Positions 11,076 through 20,858 of a stretch of 64,000 nucleotides of DNA are shown here, in pieces. This DNA is from a virus. The stretch is taken from positions 32,001-96,000 of the IMG/VR virus record IMGVR_UViG_3300007512_000011, one strand, 5' to 3'. Both the position numbers and the translations under genes were made by a program. Numbering within the stretch: position 1 is the stretch's first letter; each line of letters starts with the position of its first letter. The notes under the pieces are model-generated. The model ran no database searches. It was given only the letters and a program-made list of their open reading frames with translations, and was not told the origin of the DNA.

Positions 11076-11726
11076 GTCTTCAGACCAGCCTCTCATCTCT
11101 GCAAAAGCATTCATTAACTCAACTTTTTCCTCTGGGCTACTAAGTGCCCATGTCCAAATTAGCGTCATTTTTATTTCTTCTATCTTACCTTCTAAGTCAA
11201 AAATTTCAGAATTGAGATACTGGGCTAGATCTTCTCCATCACTAGGCATCTCAACACCTAGCTCCGATGCAGCTTCAACCAATCCAGAAAAATTCCCGCT
11301 TTGATATGCATCAGTTGCAAGCGTGTAGAGGGAAACCAATTTTTCTCGTAGTTTTTCACTAAGACTATCTGGAACTTTATCAGGATGAGTTATAACTGCC
11401 ACATCTCTGAATAGCTGTTTGGCCCATCTGGGCTGATTTTTTGCAGAGGATGTATCAGAGATTTCTAAATCTTCAATCTCCTCACGATCACTCTCGCTGG
11501 TGGTCAGCACTTCCTCAGCCATGGGGTCAGAGTCATTTGTGTCATCTGTATCTAATGAGGCATCAGAAATCTCGTCATCCTCAGCACCCATTTCTTTCTT
11601 TTTTGTAATAGCGTCAGTAAAGAACTCTATTTTTGCCTTTTCGTATATTTGCTGGCACTCTGCAAATTCTTCCTTGAGATACTTTATTTGATACACAAGC
11701 TTATGAATCTTGTGGCTATGGGACAC
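11070..11726 (-). CDS. Acidic coiled-coil protein with internal J-domain-like region
   Basis: KQLFRDVAVITHPDK...ATDAY resembles J-domain helix II-HPD-helix III. Confidence 0.6.
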   Translation of the reverse strand: MSHSHKIHKLVYQIKYLKEEFAECQQIYEKAKIEFFTDAITKKKEMGAEDDEISDASLDTDDTNDSDPMAEEVLTTSESDREEIEDLEISDTSSAKNQPRWAKQLFRDVAVITHPDKVPDSLSEKLREKLVSLYTLATDAYQSGNFSGLVEAASELGVEMPSDGEDLAQYLNSEIFDLEGKIEEIKMTLIWTWALSSPEEKVELMNAFAEMRGWSEDV

Positions 11727-11763
11727 AATCTATCTCGATTTCTGTAATATGCGTTGTGCCGAT

Positions 11764-12252
11764 TTATTCACTTGTGCGCTCTTCAAAATGCCTTATGTCT
11801 TTTAACTTTTCTGGTCTCGTTCCTGCTTTGCGACGATTTAAATTTTCACCATTTTCAACACGCTCTTGCACACGATTGTGTGCTTCGATCTCTGTCTGCT
11901 TCTCTACTATATGCTCATCTATTGATTGTGCGTATACCTGGAAGCCTTCGACCATGCCTATTCTCTTAGAGAGAATATGTCTTTCATTTGACACGTACTC
12001 AACTGAGTAGCTCTCTAGCTTTTGCAGCGCAGAACGTGCAATTTCAGCCCTTTCTTCAAGAGATTCAGCATCTTCTAGCTGTTCTCTAGTGCTTTTAATA
12101 AAGGCAGAAATTGCAGCACAAGGAACGCTTACTGACTCGAGACGTATCTGATCAATTTGCACCTGTCTTGACACTTTTTGAATGTTCTCATCAAGCCCGA
12201 CACGAACATCTTTCAGAACATTGATATGGTATTCTAAACTACTACTTGACAT
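11764..12252 (-). CDS. Hypothetical coiled-coil protein
   Basis: 162-aa ORF with upstream GAGG SD and helical composition. Confidence 0.7.
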   Translation of the reverse strand: MSSSSLEYHINVLKDVRVGLDENIQKVSRQVQIDQIRLESVSVPCAAISAFIKSTREQLEDAESLEERAEIARSALQKLESYSVEYVSNERHILSKRIGMVEGFQVYAQSIDEHIVEKQTEIEAHNRVQERVENGENLNRRKAGTRPEKLKDIRHFEERTSE

Positions 12253-12282
12253 TTATATATCCTCAAATTACACATCATAATC

Positions 12283-12321
12283 ATAAATAAATCGTCCCCG
12301 GAGTTAAACCCCGGGGACGAT
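12283..12321 (-). terminator. Rho-independent terminator after the fibre gene
   Basis: Perfect 11-bp inverted repeat atcgtccccgg (12291-12301) / ccggggacgat (12311-12321), followed on the minus strand by TTATTTAT. Confidence 0.8.
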
Positions 12322-12344
12322 AATAATCATCAATTTTGTTAGCT

Positions 12345-14849
12345 CTATCTGTTGATTTCGAATGTCGTTATGACATCTCCCTCCTCAAGATTGAAGAAGA
12401 ACTTAATTGATCCTGTCGTTGTACAACCAATGCCGACTGAATAGTCACCATTTGCAGCGCTTGTTCCAGATTGCATGTACTGACCGTTTAGGTAGACATC
12501 CAGCGCTCCGTATGGATCATGTCTAGCTTTAGTGTTGTTGAAACCTGTCTGTGATGTAGCTCCATCACCATGGATGATGATCTCAGATCCATTTGAATAA
12601 GTTCCTGTGACATTGTAAAAGTTTCTAGCCTTAGATCCTGACGGTGACAAGTCGACCCCAGTCACACCTATAGTAATCGCAGTGTTTGAACCTGAGGTTA
12701 TTACGATATTTGATCCTGCCTCGATGAATGACTTGCCGTTGGATAGACGTGTTATCGATCCACTAATTCCTTCTGGGAATCGAACACCTGTTGCTGCTGG
12801 AGATCTAATTGCTCCTGTTACAGTGAATGAGGATACATTACCTGATACGTAGAGACCTGATGTTCCTACTCCTAGCACCTGTGTACCATTTACCTGTAGG
12901 TTAACTCCTGTCTTTCCATCTAGGGTCAGCAACCCTGCATCTGTTTCTATCTCAGTGGCAACTGATGATTCAATGACCTTGGCTACATTGCTCCGAATTG
13001 TTCCAGTTAATTCAAATCCTGAGACTGATCCTGAGAGATAGACACCTGCAGGTCCGACTGAGAGCTGTGTTGCTGTGTCGACAACCAGATTAACTGCTGT
13101 TGTACCGACGAGGCCTAATGAACCGGCCTTTGCCATGATCTCTGTTGCAGCTGATGACTGTATTGCTCTAGCAGCACTTGTCTTAATTGTCCCTGTGACA
13201 CTAAAGTCTGAGACTGATCCAGAGAGATAGACACCCTTGGGTCCGACTGAGAGCATTTGAGCGCCGTTGGCCTGAAGGGCTACACCAGATTTACCGTCTA
13301 ATGTAAGAGCTCCGGCAGCTGTTTCTATCTCTGTCGCAATTGATGACTCTATAACCTTGGCTGCACTGTTCTTAATCGTTCCAGTTAGATTGAAATCTGA
13401 GACTGATCCTGATAAGTAGGTAGCGAATTCCGAGGCAATCCGGGTTATTGAGAGCAATCCAGCTGTCTTGTTAAACGAGAAACCTGGATCTCCACCAAAA
13501 TCACCACCGTCATTAAACTGAACCGAAGTGTTTTCTCCTCCGGGATCTGCTGTACCAGTCGTAGCTGAAATTGTTAGAGCACCTGAGGAGCCTGTGTTGA
13601 TCGTGATGTTTGTCCCAGCGATCATGTACTCAGATCCATTGGCCAGGGTCGTAAGAGATCCACTTAGTTTATCAACGAAGACTGATCCAGAGAGATGAAG
13701 CGGACTGACAATTGCGCCTGAGACGTATATGTTCGGTGGGGCCTGGCCTCTTGTGAGTGATGAACCACTCAGGTCTCCTAGCACAATTGATCCCGATCTT
13801 AGTCTAATGTATGAACTTCCGCTGTATTGCAGCTGAACACCGCCAGCGCCGTCTACATCAAATGATCCTGCGAGTGTTTTTATTGTAGTTCCAGCAGATG
13901 CTTGTAGTGCAACGGTTGCATCACTCTTTATTGTTCCTGTGACAAGGAAGTCAGAGACTGATCCAGAGAGGTAGACACCTGCAGGTCCAACAGAGAGCAT
14001 CTGTGTTCCATTTGCCTGAAGTGCTACACCAGTTTTGCCGTCAATAGTTAGTGCACCAGCAGTTGTTTCTATCTCTGTCGCAACTGAGGACTGAATGACC
14101 TTAGCAGCGCTGTTCTTAATCGTTCCAGATAGTGCGTAGTCTGAGACTGTTCCAGATAGTTGAATCTGCGTGCCTGCTGCACCTATTCCTACATTTCGCC
14201 CGGTGTCAATGGCTATTACAGTTGTTCCATTTTCCTGGAGGTTTATGCCTGTCTTGCCGTCAATAGTTATTGCACCAGCTGTGGTCTCAATTTCTGTAGC
14301 AACTGAAGATTGGATGACCTTAGCAGCACTATTTTTAATCGTTCCAGATAGTGCAAAGTCAGAGACTGTTCCAGACAGATATATGAATGTCGTCGCCGAG
14401 CCAACTGCTACATTTCTGCTTGTATCAACTGTTATGACTGCGGTGCCATCTTCTTTAATGGTTACACCGGTCTTTCCGTCAAGTGTGAGTGCACCAGCTG
14501 AAGTTGAAAAGTTTGATGCAGCACCTGCGTCTAGTGACAACGCACCGCCGGCGTCAATTGTAATGGCAGCACCTGCATCAATATCAATTCCGCCAGAGCC
14601 ATTTGATGCATCTAGGGCAATAGCACTGCCATGTGCAGCAGTTCCAGTTAGCTGATAGGTTGCGTTACCATACCACGCAGTTGTTCCCTTCATATCTTTG
14701 AATAACGCGCGTACGTTATTGAGATCTTCTTGAAGGTTTGATGCAGAAAGCAACCCAGACCCGATTGTGACAGCATCAACCGCGGTGGTTGACATATCAA
14801 TTGAGCCAGTAATTTGTTTTTGTCTAAGTTTTGTGACCGATCCGGACAT
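12345..14849 (-). CDS. Repetitive Ser/Gly/Thr-rich virion fibre-like protein (834 aa)
   Basis: About six ~60-aa repeats shared with the 1825-aa protein, beta-rich composition, C-terminal VYLNGQ...DY module. Confidence 0.7.
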   Translation of the reverse strand: MSGSVTKLRQKQITGSIDMSTTAVDAVTIGSGLLSASNLQEDLNNVRALFKDMKGTTAWYGNATYQLTGTAAHGSAIALDASNGSGGIDIDAGAAITIDAGGALSLDAGAASNFSTSAGALTLDGKTGVTIKEDGTAVITVDTSRNVAVGSATTFIYLSGTVSDFALSGTIKNSAAKVIQSSVATEIETTAGAITIDGKTGINLQENGTTVIAIDTGRNVGIGAAGTQIQLSGTVSDYALSGTIKNSAAKVIQSSVATEIETTAGALTIDGKTGVALQANGTQMLSVGPAGVYLSGSVSDFLVTGTIKSDATVALQASAGTTIKTLAGSFDVDGAGGVQLQYSGSSYIRLRSGSIVLGDLSGSSLTRGQAPPNIYVSGAIVSPLHLSGSVFVDKLSGSLTTLANGSEYMIAGTNITINTGSSGALTISATTGTADPGGENTSVQFNDGGDFGGDPGFSFNKTAGLLSITRIASEFATYLSGSVSDFNLTGTIKNSAAKVIESSIATEIETAAGALTLDGKSGVALQANGAQMLSVGPKGVYLSGSVSDFSVTGTIKTSAARAIQSSAATEIMAKAGSLGLVGTTAVNLVVDTATQLSVGPAGVYLSGSVSGFELTGTIRSNVAKVIESSVATEIETDAGLLTLDGKTGVNLQVNGTQVLGVGTSGLYVSGNVSSFTVTGAIRSPAATGVRFPEGISGSITRLSNGKSFIEAGSNIVITSGSNTAITIGVTGVDLSPSGSKARNFYNVTGTYSNGSEIIIHGDGATSQTGFNNTKARHDPYGALDVYLNGQYMQSGTSAANGDYSVGIGCTTTGSIKFFFNLEEGDVITTFEINR

Positions 14850-14896
14850 CTTGTTTTATCTTTATAGATGTGAGGTTAAATTTAAAAACGGACGTC

Positions 14897-14948
14897 TACG
14901 GAAACTTATACGTACTAAACCTACTTTACGTGTTAAACCTACATTACG
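14897..14948. repeat. Short direct repeats in the leader of the 834-aa gene
   Basis: taaacctactttacg (14916-14930) and taaacctacattacg (14934-14948), 18-bp period, with further tacg-ending degenerate units at 14897 and 14909. Confidence 0.7.
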
Positions 14949-15026
14949 ATTTGGCTTCTTACACTTTTAAATATATCTGAACAACTAGAAAATAAGATTA
15001 TTTTGAAAAATGTGAAAGTTTTTATC

Positions 15027-15254
15027 TCAAGATTTATACAAGATTTTTTTAAGCGTGCGAACGTGATTATCGAACTTAGAAAAGTCACTATTGACAAAAT
15101 CAATGCTTAGCATGTGACCTTTTTGACCAGGATCATCGAATACAAATTCAAACTTTCCGGAAACACGAGTCGCACTAATTAGCGGTAACCCTCTCATCAC
15201 TAAGAAGGCTGCTAAAGCCAAATCTGACGTTTTATACTGCGTAGTTGTGTTCAT
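15027..15254 (-). CDS. Small DUF5659-like protein
   Basis: YKTSDLALAAFL...G...FEFVF pattern. Likely start is ATG 15254 (MNTTT) after AGGA. Confidence 0.6.
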   Translation of the reverse strand: MNTTTQYKTSDLALAAFLVMRGLPLISATRVSGKFEFVFDDPGQKGHMLSIDFVNSDFSKFDNHVRTLKKILYKS

Positions 15255-15279
15255 TATCCTATTCCTAATTATTACCGAC

Positions 15280-18200
15280 CTATGTTGACTTAGAATATGT
15301 TGCAATTAGTTGATCACTTGTCTGCGGAACTGATTCTCCAGAAAATGTTATTGTCTTATTGCTTAATGTGTAATCTAGTCCAGATCCAGATGTCTGTAAT
15401 TGACCATTTACAAAAAGCATAACTGTTCCATCTTCAGGTGAATTTGCTAATGTAAAGTCTGTATTTGATCCGTTTATTGATCCACCCGGTGTCTCATTAA
15501 AGACTACATTTGATGTAGAGGAAACTGATACGGTTACTTGTCCTGCGGTACCTGTTGTAATTGTCACATTAGATCCAGCATTGAGATAAGCTGTGCCGTC
15601 TGCTAGTGTTGTCAGTGATCCACTTATCCCCTGTGATACATGAAGTGCACCGCTGACCATAGTGTCTCCGCCGAATACTGCAGTACCTTTATCGGTTGTT
15701 CCCTTCGATCCAATTGAACCTGAGACAAAGAACGCAAGGTCTAGCGCATTTCGAGGCTGCATGTCGGGGGACCCTATTCCTGAACCTGATAGGAAAATTA
15801 CTTGACGGTTTGCGGTGCCATAATGATCTCCAAGCCTCAGTATTTCTTCAGTGGACGAACCATTAAATACGTCGAACCTTAGATCATTGGTGCCTGATTC
15901 GTGTGTAATCGTAGCACCGACAGCGCCCGCTGCACCTTCAAAGCTTATTTTACTATCTTGACTGTTGGCGCCTCTTCTCAGTGTGTATTTTGGACTTTCG
16001 GCATTTAATTCCACCTCTGTCCCTGTAAAGGTAAAAGCCGAGCTCCCTCCAAATGATCCGCCATCGTTAAACTGGACCTGAGTGTTTCCTCCACCAGGAT
16101 CTGCTGTGCCAGTTGTAGCTGAAATTGTTAGTGCACCGGATGAGCCCGTATTGATTGTGATGTTGGCACCAGCTATCATGTACTCAGTACCATCAGCTAG
16201 TGCTGTCAGTGATCCACTAAGTTTACTAGCGAAGACTGAACCAGATAGATGCAGATTACTTTGAATAGCTCCTGAAATGTAGATATTTGGGGGTGCGACA
16301 CCTAGTGTATTAGATCCGCTAAGGTCTCCTATTGTGATTGATCCGGAGTTTAGCTTTATGTAAGAGCTTCCGCTATATTGTAAATCAATACCTGATGCAC
16401 CATCTAGTGTAAGTGTACCAGCTCTTGTCTCAATTTCGGTGGCAACTGATGACTCTATGACCTTTGATGCTGAATTCTTGATTGTTCCAGTTAGGTTGAA
16501 ATCTGAGACTGATCCTGAAAGCTGAATCTGCTTGCCTGCTGTGCCGATTATTACGTTTTGTCCATTATCGATGGCTATAAGAGTTGTACCATCTTCCTGA
16601 AGATTTATACCTGTTTTACCGTCTAGTGTGAGAGCTCCTGCTTTTGTCTCTATCTCAGTTGCAACTGAAGACTCTATGACCTTTGATGCTGAATTCTTAA
16701 TTGTGCCTGTTAGAGCAAAGTCAGAGACAGAGGAAGAAAGATAAGTTCCAGCAGGACCAACAGATAACACAGTTGTCCCATTTGCTTGGAGATTCACGCC
16801 AGTCTTGCCATCTAGTGTCAGTGCACCAGCATCTGTCTCGATTTCAGTTGCTACAGATGACTCTATAACCTTGGCTGCACTGTTCTTAATCGTTCCAGTT
16901 AGATTGAAGTCTGAGACTGATCCTGAGAGATGAGCATTGTCAGTCGTGTGCAGCTTTCCAGCTGTGAGCAGATTAGAAGTCTTATTAAATGTGAGTCCTG
17001 CGTCTCCTCCGAAACTATCATCATCATTAAACTGTACCTGTGTATCTGTTCCTGCAACAGAAGCTGCTGTCGTAGAGATTGTTAGAGCACCGGATGATCC
17101 TGTGTTGATCGTAATGTTGGTGCCGGCAATAATGTATTCAGTGCCGTCTGTCAGTGTTGTTAAGGATCCGCTTAGCTTGCTAGCGAAGACTGAACCAGAA
17201 AGGTGTAGTTTGCTTTGTACTGCTCCTGAGATGTAGATGTCAGGGGATGCGACACCTAGTGTATTTGAACTACTCAAATCACCGATTATTATTGATCCTG
17301 ATCCTAGTTTCAGATACGAGCTACCACTATACTGGAGATTCACACCTGCTGCACCGTCTAATGTGAGAACACCTGCTCGTGTCTCAATTTCAGTTGCTAC
17401 AGATGACTCTATAACCTTGGCTGCACTGTTCTTAATCGTTCCAGTTAGAGAAAAATCAGAAACAGAGGATGAGAGATACGTTCCAGCGGGTCCTACAGAA
17501 AGTACTGTTGTACCGTTAGCCTGTAGATTGACTCCTGTCTTGCCGTCCAGTGTTAAAGCACCTGCTGTTGTTTCTATTTCAGTTGCTGCTGATGACTGGA
17601 TGACCTTGGACGCTGAGTTCTTTATGGTCCCTGTTAGAGTAAAATCTGACACTGATCCTGAGAGATGAACATTGCCAGTGAATGTTGTTCCTGATACCAG
17701 CTGGGCAACGACATTTGGATTAATTGCAACAGTTATATTGCTGCCGGCGCCTCCATCAGTAAGCTTTAATCCAGATCCTGCTGCAAGAACCCTCTCGTTT
17801 GACAGAGACCCTGTAGCGGATAAGACAACATATTGTGCAGCCTTATCAGCACCACCGCTGCCTCCGGTTGCTGTTGAAGCAATTGTTATCGCACCGGACG
17901 ATCCAGTTGTTAATGTAATACTAGAACCTGCAATTAGGTACTCTGAGCCATCTGCAAGAGTTGTAAGTGAGCCACTTAGCTTATCAGCAAAGACTGATCC
18001 TGAAAGATGTAATTCACTTTGCACAGCACCAGAAATATAGATGTCTGGGGGTGCAACCCCCAGTGTGTTTGAACCGCTCAGATCTCCTATTGTGATTGAT
18101 CCGGAGTTTAACTTAATATATGAGCTACCGCTATGCTGGAGATCGATTCCTGCTGCACCATCTAGTGTGAGTGTACCCGCACGTGTCTCAATCTCAGTGG

Positions 18201-20757
18201 CAACTGATGACTCTATGACCTTTGATGCTGAATTCTTGATGGTGCCTGTTAGCGAGAAGTCAGAGACAGAGGAAGAGAGATAAGTTCCAGCAGGCCCTAT
18301 GGCAAGAATTGTTGTACCATTAGACTGCAGGCTGACTCCTGTCTTACCATCTAGTGTCAGAGATCCTGCTGTTGTTTCAATTTCAGTTGCAACTGAAGAT
18401 TCTATTACCTTCGCTGCACTGTTTTTTATTGTTCCAGTGAGTGAGAAGTCAGAAACAGAGGAAGAAAGATAAGTTCCAGCAGGGCCAATTGATAGTACAG
18501 TTGTGCCATTTGCTTGGAGGTTCACACCTGTCTTGCCATCAAGGGTCAGCGATCCAGCATCTGTCTCTATCTCTGTTGCAACAGAAGATTCAATCACTTT
18601 TGATGCAGTGTTCTTAATTGTTCCCGTTAGAGCAAAGCCAGAGACAGTTCCTGAGAGGCTTGTTTTAGCAGTTACATGTAGCTTACCAGCAGATAACAGG
18701 TCAGAGGTCTTGTTAAATGTGAGACCTGAATCGCCTCCGAAGGCTCCACCGTCATTAAACTGAACCTGTGTATTTGAACCTCCAGGGTCTGCTGTGCCGG
18801 TCGTAGCTGAAATTGTTAGTGCACCATCTGATCCTGTATTGATCGTTATGTTGGTGCCGGCAATCATGTACTCGGTGCCATCAGTTAGTGTTGTAAGTGA
18901 ACCGCTTAAGCCTTTTAGTGATGTGACTGATCCTGATATAACTGAATCACCACCAAATACTGCAATTCCCTTTGTTGTTGAATCCTTGGCACCTATTGAG
19001 CCGGAAATAAAGAGATATGTGTCACCTCCACCTGCTGAATTAGCTCCAAGCATGACCTGATCAGAACCAGCATCTACGAATACAGCATGTGTCTGATTAT
19101 CTGATTCTACTCTGAAATCGTTTGTGGCATGACCGTCTTCATTGAAAATCACACCAGCTGAACCTACTGAGATCGCGACATCATTTGTGTTGTGTATCTT
19201 AGTGTCAAAATTAGATTCACCGCGATTTACATGGAAAACATTTGCATTCGCATCAACGAATAGTGCCTGTGTCTCTGATGTAGATTCCACCCTAAAGTCG
19301 ACGTCTACACCGCCGTCATTAATAATAACAGCATCTTGAGTACCGTCTTCCTTGAGGAAGATCATGTCCCGGCCACCTGCGGCAAAGTATACGTTATCAT
19401 CTGTGAATCTGATGTAAGTGTCAGAATCACCTTCGTGATAAATGTATTGGCTTGCATGGATATTTCCACTGATAACAGTGTCTCCACCAAATTCTGTAAC
19501 TCCTTTTGTCGTTGAATCCTTGCCGCCTATAGATCCTGACACAAAGAATGCGGCATCAACACCTGGTGGAGTGCTAGTTGCGCCGCCGCCTGAAAGGATG
19601 TATACAGAACCTGTGTTTAGCGCTATGTAAGTGGTTCCACTGTACTGTAGATCAATGCCCGCTGCACCATCTAATGTGAGAGCTCCTGCTTTTGTTTCAA
19701 TCTCTGTGGCGACTGAGGATTCGATGACCTTCGATGCTGAGTTCTTGATGGTTCCTGTTAGAGCAAAATCAGAAATCGATCCTGAAAAATGAACGTTATC
19801 CTCGAAAGTCGTACCCGACACAATCTGTGCAACAACATTTGTGTTGATTGCTAGTGTTACTTCATTTCCAGCTCCGCCGTCTGATATTGTTAATCCTGAA
19901 TCTGCCTTAAGAACTCTTTCATTTGCTAGGGAGCCTGTTGCGGATATCACAACATACGTTGCACCCTTGTCAGCTCCACCTGATCCTCCACCAGTAGAGT
20001 TTATTGTGATCGCACCGCTAGAACCTGTTGACAGTGTAACATTGTCTCCAGCAACAAGATAGGGAGTACCGTCTGTTAGCGCTGTAAGTGATCCACTTAG
20101 TCCACTGTTAAACTTTGCTGTCCCAGTTGCTATGAATTCAGAAATTGTGCCTGAAAAATGAACACGGCTATCAAATAGTGTCGACGAAGCAGAGACGTGA
20201 AACTTTGGTCCTTTAATTGCTCCTGTGAGAACAAAACTTGAGACATTTCCAGAAATATGCAAATTACTGCTAAATTTCACACCAGCTGTGAAATCAGTTC
20301 CAGAAACCAGTGAAGGAATGTCGTTATAGTTAATAGCTAGTGTTACATTGCCGCCAGCACCGGCATCTGTCATTGCTATACCTGATCCGGCTGCAAGAAC
20401 TCTTTCATTTGTCATCGAAGCGGTTGCTGCCATGACAACGTACTGAGCTTCACGATCAGCATTCCCGCCGCCTGTTTGAGCACTTATGTGAATGAAACCT
20501 GTAGAGCCTGTTGTGATGATGATATTGTCACCACCCTGAATATAGTCTGTTCCATCCTTTAGACTTGTGAGTGATCCTGTTATTCCGCCCGAAGCTATTA
20601 AGACACCCTTTGTGATAAGATCGCTCTTAAATCCTTCACTGTCAAGACCGATCTGGAGCTTGTTTGGAGAGATTATTCTGTCAATCTTCTCTGTAAGCTT
20701 TTTTTGGAGGACTATAAAGTCACTCTTTTCGAGATCTTTTTTCTTTTCAGAAGGCAT
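15280..20757 (-). CDS. Large repetitive virion fibre-like protein (1825 aa)
   Basis: Nine copies of the GTIKN...VATEIET...LTLDG unit, seven LSGSLT-x-L-x-DG modules and three TQVQFND modules. C-terminal NETP-x-G-x-INGSN...FVNGQ...DYT module. Confidence 0.75.
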   Translation of the reverse strand: MPSEKKKDLEKSDFIVLQKKLTEKIDRIISPNKLQIGLDSEGFKSDLITKGVLIASGGITGSLTSLKDGTDYIQGGDNIIITTGSTGFIHISAQTGGGNADREAQYVVMAATASMTNERVLAAGSGIAMTDAGAGGNVTLAINYNDIPSLVSGTDFTAGVKFSSNLHISGNVSSFVLTGAIKGPKFHVSASSTLFDSRVHFSGTISEFIATGTAKFNSGLSGSLTALTDGTPYLVAGDNVTLSTGSSGAITINSTGGGSGGADKGATYVVISATGSLANERVLKADSGLTISDGGAGNEVTLAINTNVVAQIVSGTTFEDNVHFSGSISDFALTGTIKNSASKVIESSVATEIETKAGALTLDGAAGIDLQYSGTTYIALNTGSVYILSGGGATSTPPGVDAAFFVSGSIGGKDSTTKGVTEFGGDTVISGNIHASQYIYHEGDSDTYIRFTDDNVYFAAGGRDMIFLKEDGTQDAVIINDGGVDVDFRVESTSETQALFVDANANVFHVNRGESNFDTKIHNTNDVAISVGSAGVIFNEDGHATNDFRVESDNQTHAVFVDAGSDQVMLGANSAGGGDTYLFISGSIGAKDSTTKGIAVFGGDSVISGSVTSLKGLSGSLTTLTDGTEYMIAGTNITINTGSDGALTISATTGTADPGGSNTQVQFNDGGAFGGDSGLTFNKTSDLLSAGKLHVTAKTSLSGTVSGFALTGTIKNTASKVIESSVATEIETDAGSLTLDGKTGVNLQANGTTVLSIGPAGTYLSSSVSDFSLTGTIKNSAAKVIESSVATEIETTAGSLTLDGKTGVSLQSNGTTILAIGPAGTYLSSSVSDFSLTGTIKNSASKVIESSVATEIETRAGTLTLDGAAGIDLQHSGSSYIKLNSGSITIGDLSGSNTLGVAPPDIYISGAVQSELHLSGSVFADKLSGSLTTLADGSEYLIAGSSITLTTGSSGAITIASTATGGSGGADKAAQYVVLSATGSLSNERVLAAGSGLKLTDGGAGSNITVAINPNVVAQLVSGTTFTGNVHLSGSVSDFTLTGTIKNSASKVIQSSAATEIETTAGALTLDGKTGVNLQANGTTVLSVGPAGTYLSSSVSDFSLTGTIKNSAAKVIESSVATEIETRAGVLTLDGAAGVNLQYSGSSYLKLGSGSIIIGDLSSSNTLGVASPDIYISGAVQSKLHLSGSVFASKLSGSLTTLTDGTEYIIAGTNITINTGSSGALTISTTAASVAGTDTQVQFNDDDSFGGDAGLTFNKTSNLLTAGKLHTTDNAHLSGSVSDFNLTGTIKNSAAKVIESSVATEIETDAGALTLDGKTGVNLQANGTTVLSVGPAGTYLSSSVSDFALTGTIKNSASKVIESSVATEIETKAGALTLDGKTGINLQEDGTTLIAIDNGQNVIIGTAGKQIQLSGSVSDFNLTGTIKNSASKVIESSVATEIETRAGTLTLDGASGIDLQYSGSSYIKLNSGSITIGDLSGSNTLGVAPPNIYISGAIQSNLHLSGSVFASKLSGSLTALADGTEYMIAGANITINTGSSGALTISATTGTADPGGGNTQVQFNDGGSFGGSSAFTFTGTEVELNAESPKYTLRRGANSQDSKISFEGAAGAVGATITHESGTNDLRFDVFNGSSTEEILRLGDHYGTANRQVIFLSGSGIGSPDMQPRNALDLAFFVSGSIGSKGTTDKGTAVFGGDTMVSGALHVSQGISGSLTTLADGTAYLNAGSNVTITTGTAGQVTVSVSSTSNVVFNETPGGSINGSNTDFTLANSPEDGTVMLFVNGQLQTSGSGLDYTLSNKTITFSGESVPQTSDQLIATYSKST

Positions 20758-20858
20758 TTAACTTATCTTAAACTCTGGTATCACGAAGACGGCACACTAC
20801 CAGCAATAAATATTCTGGTAAGCTGATAAGTCGAATCAGACCTTAAATCATGCTGTAA

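Noticed and set aside
12345-20757. Diversity-generating retroelement or CRISPR array as explanation for the DNA repeats
   Set aside because: The repeats are in-frame coding modules without spacer structure. I saw no template/variable pair with adenine-specific differences, and no reverse transcriptase or cas gene is in the window.
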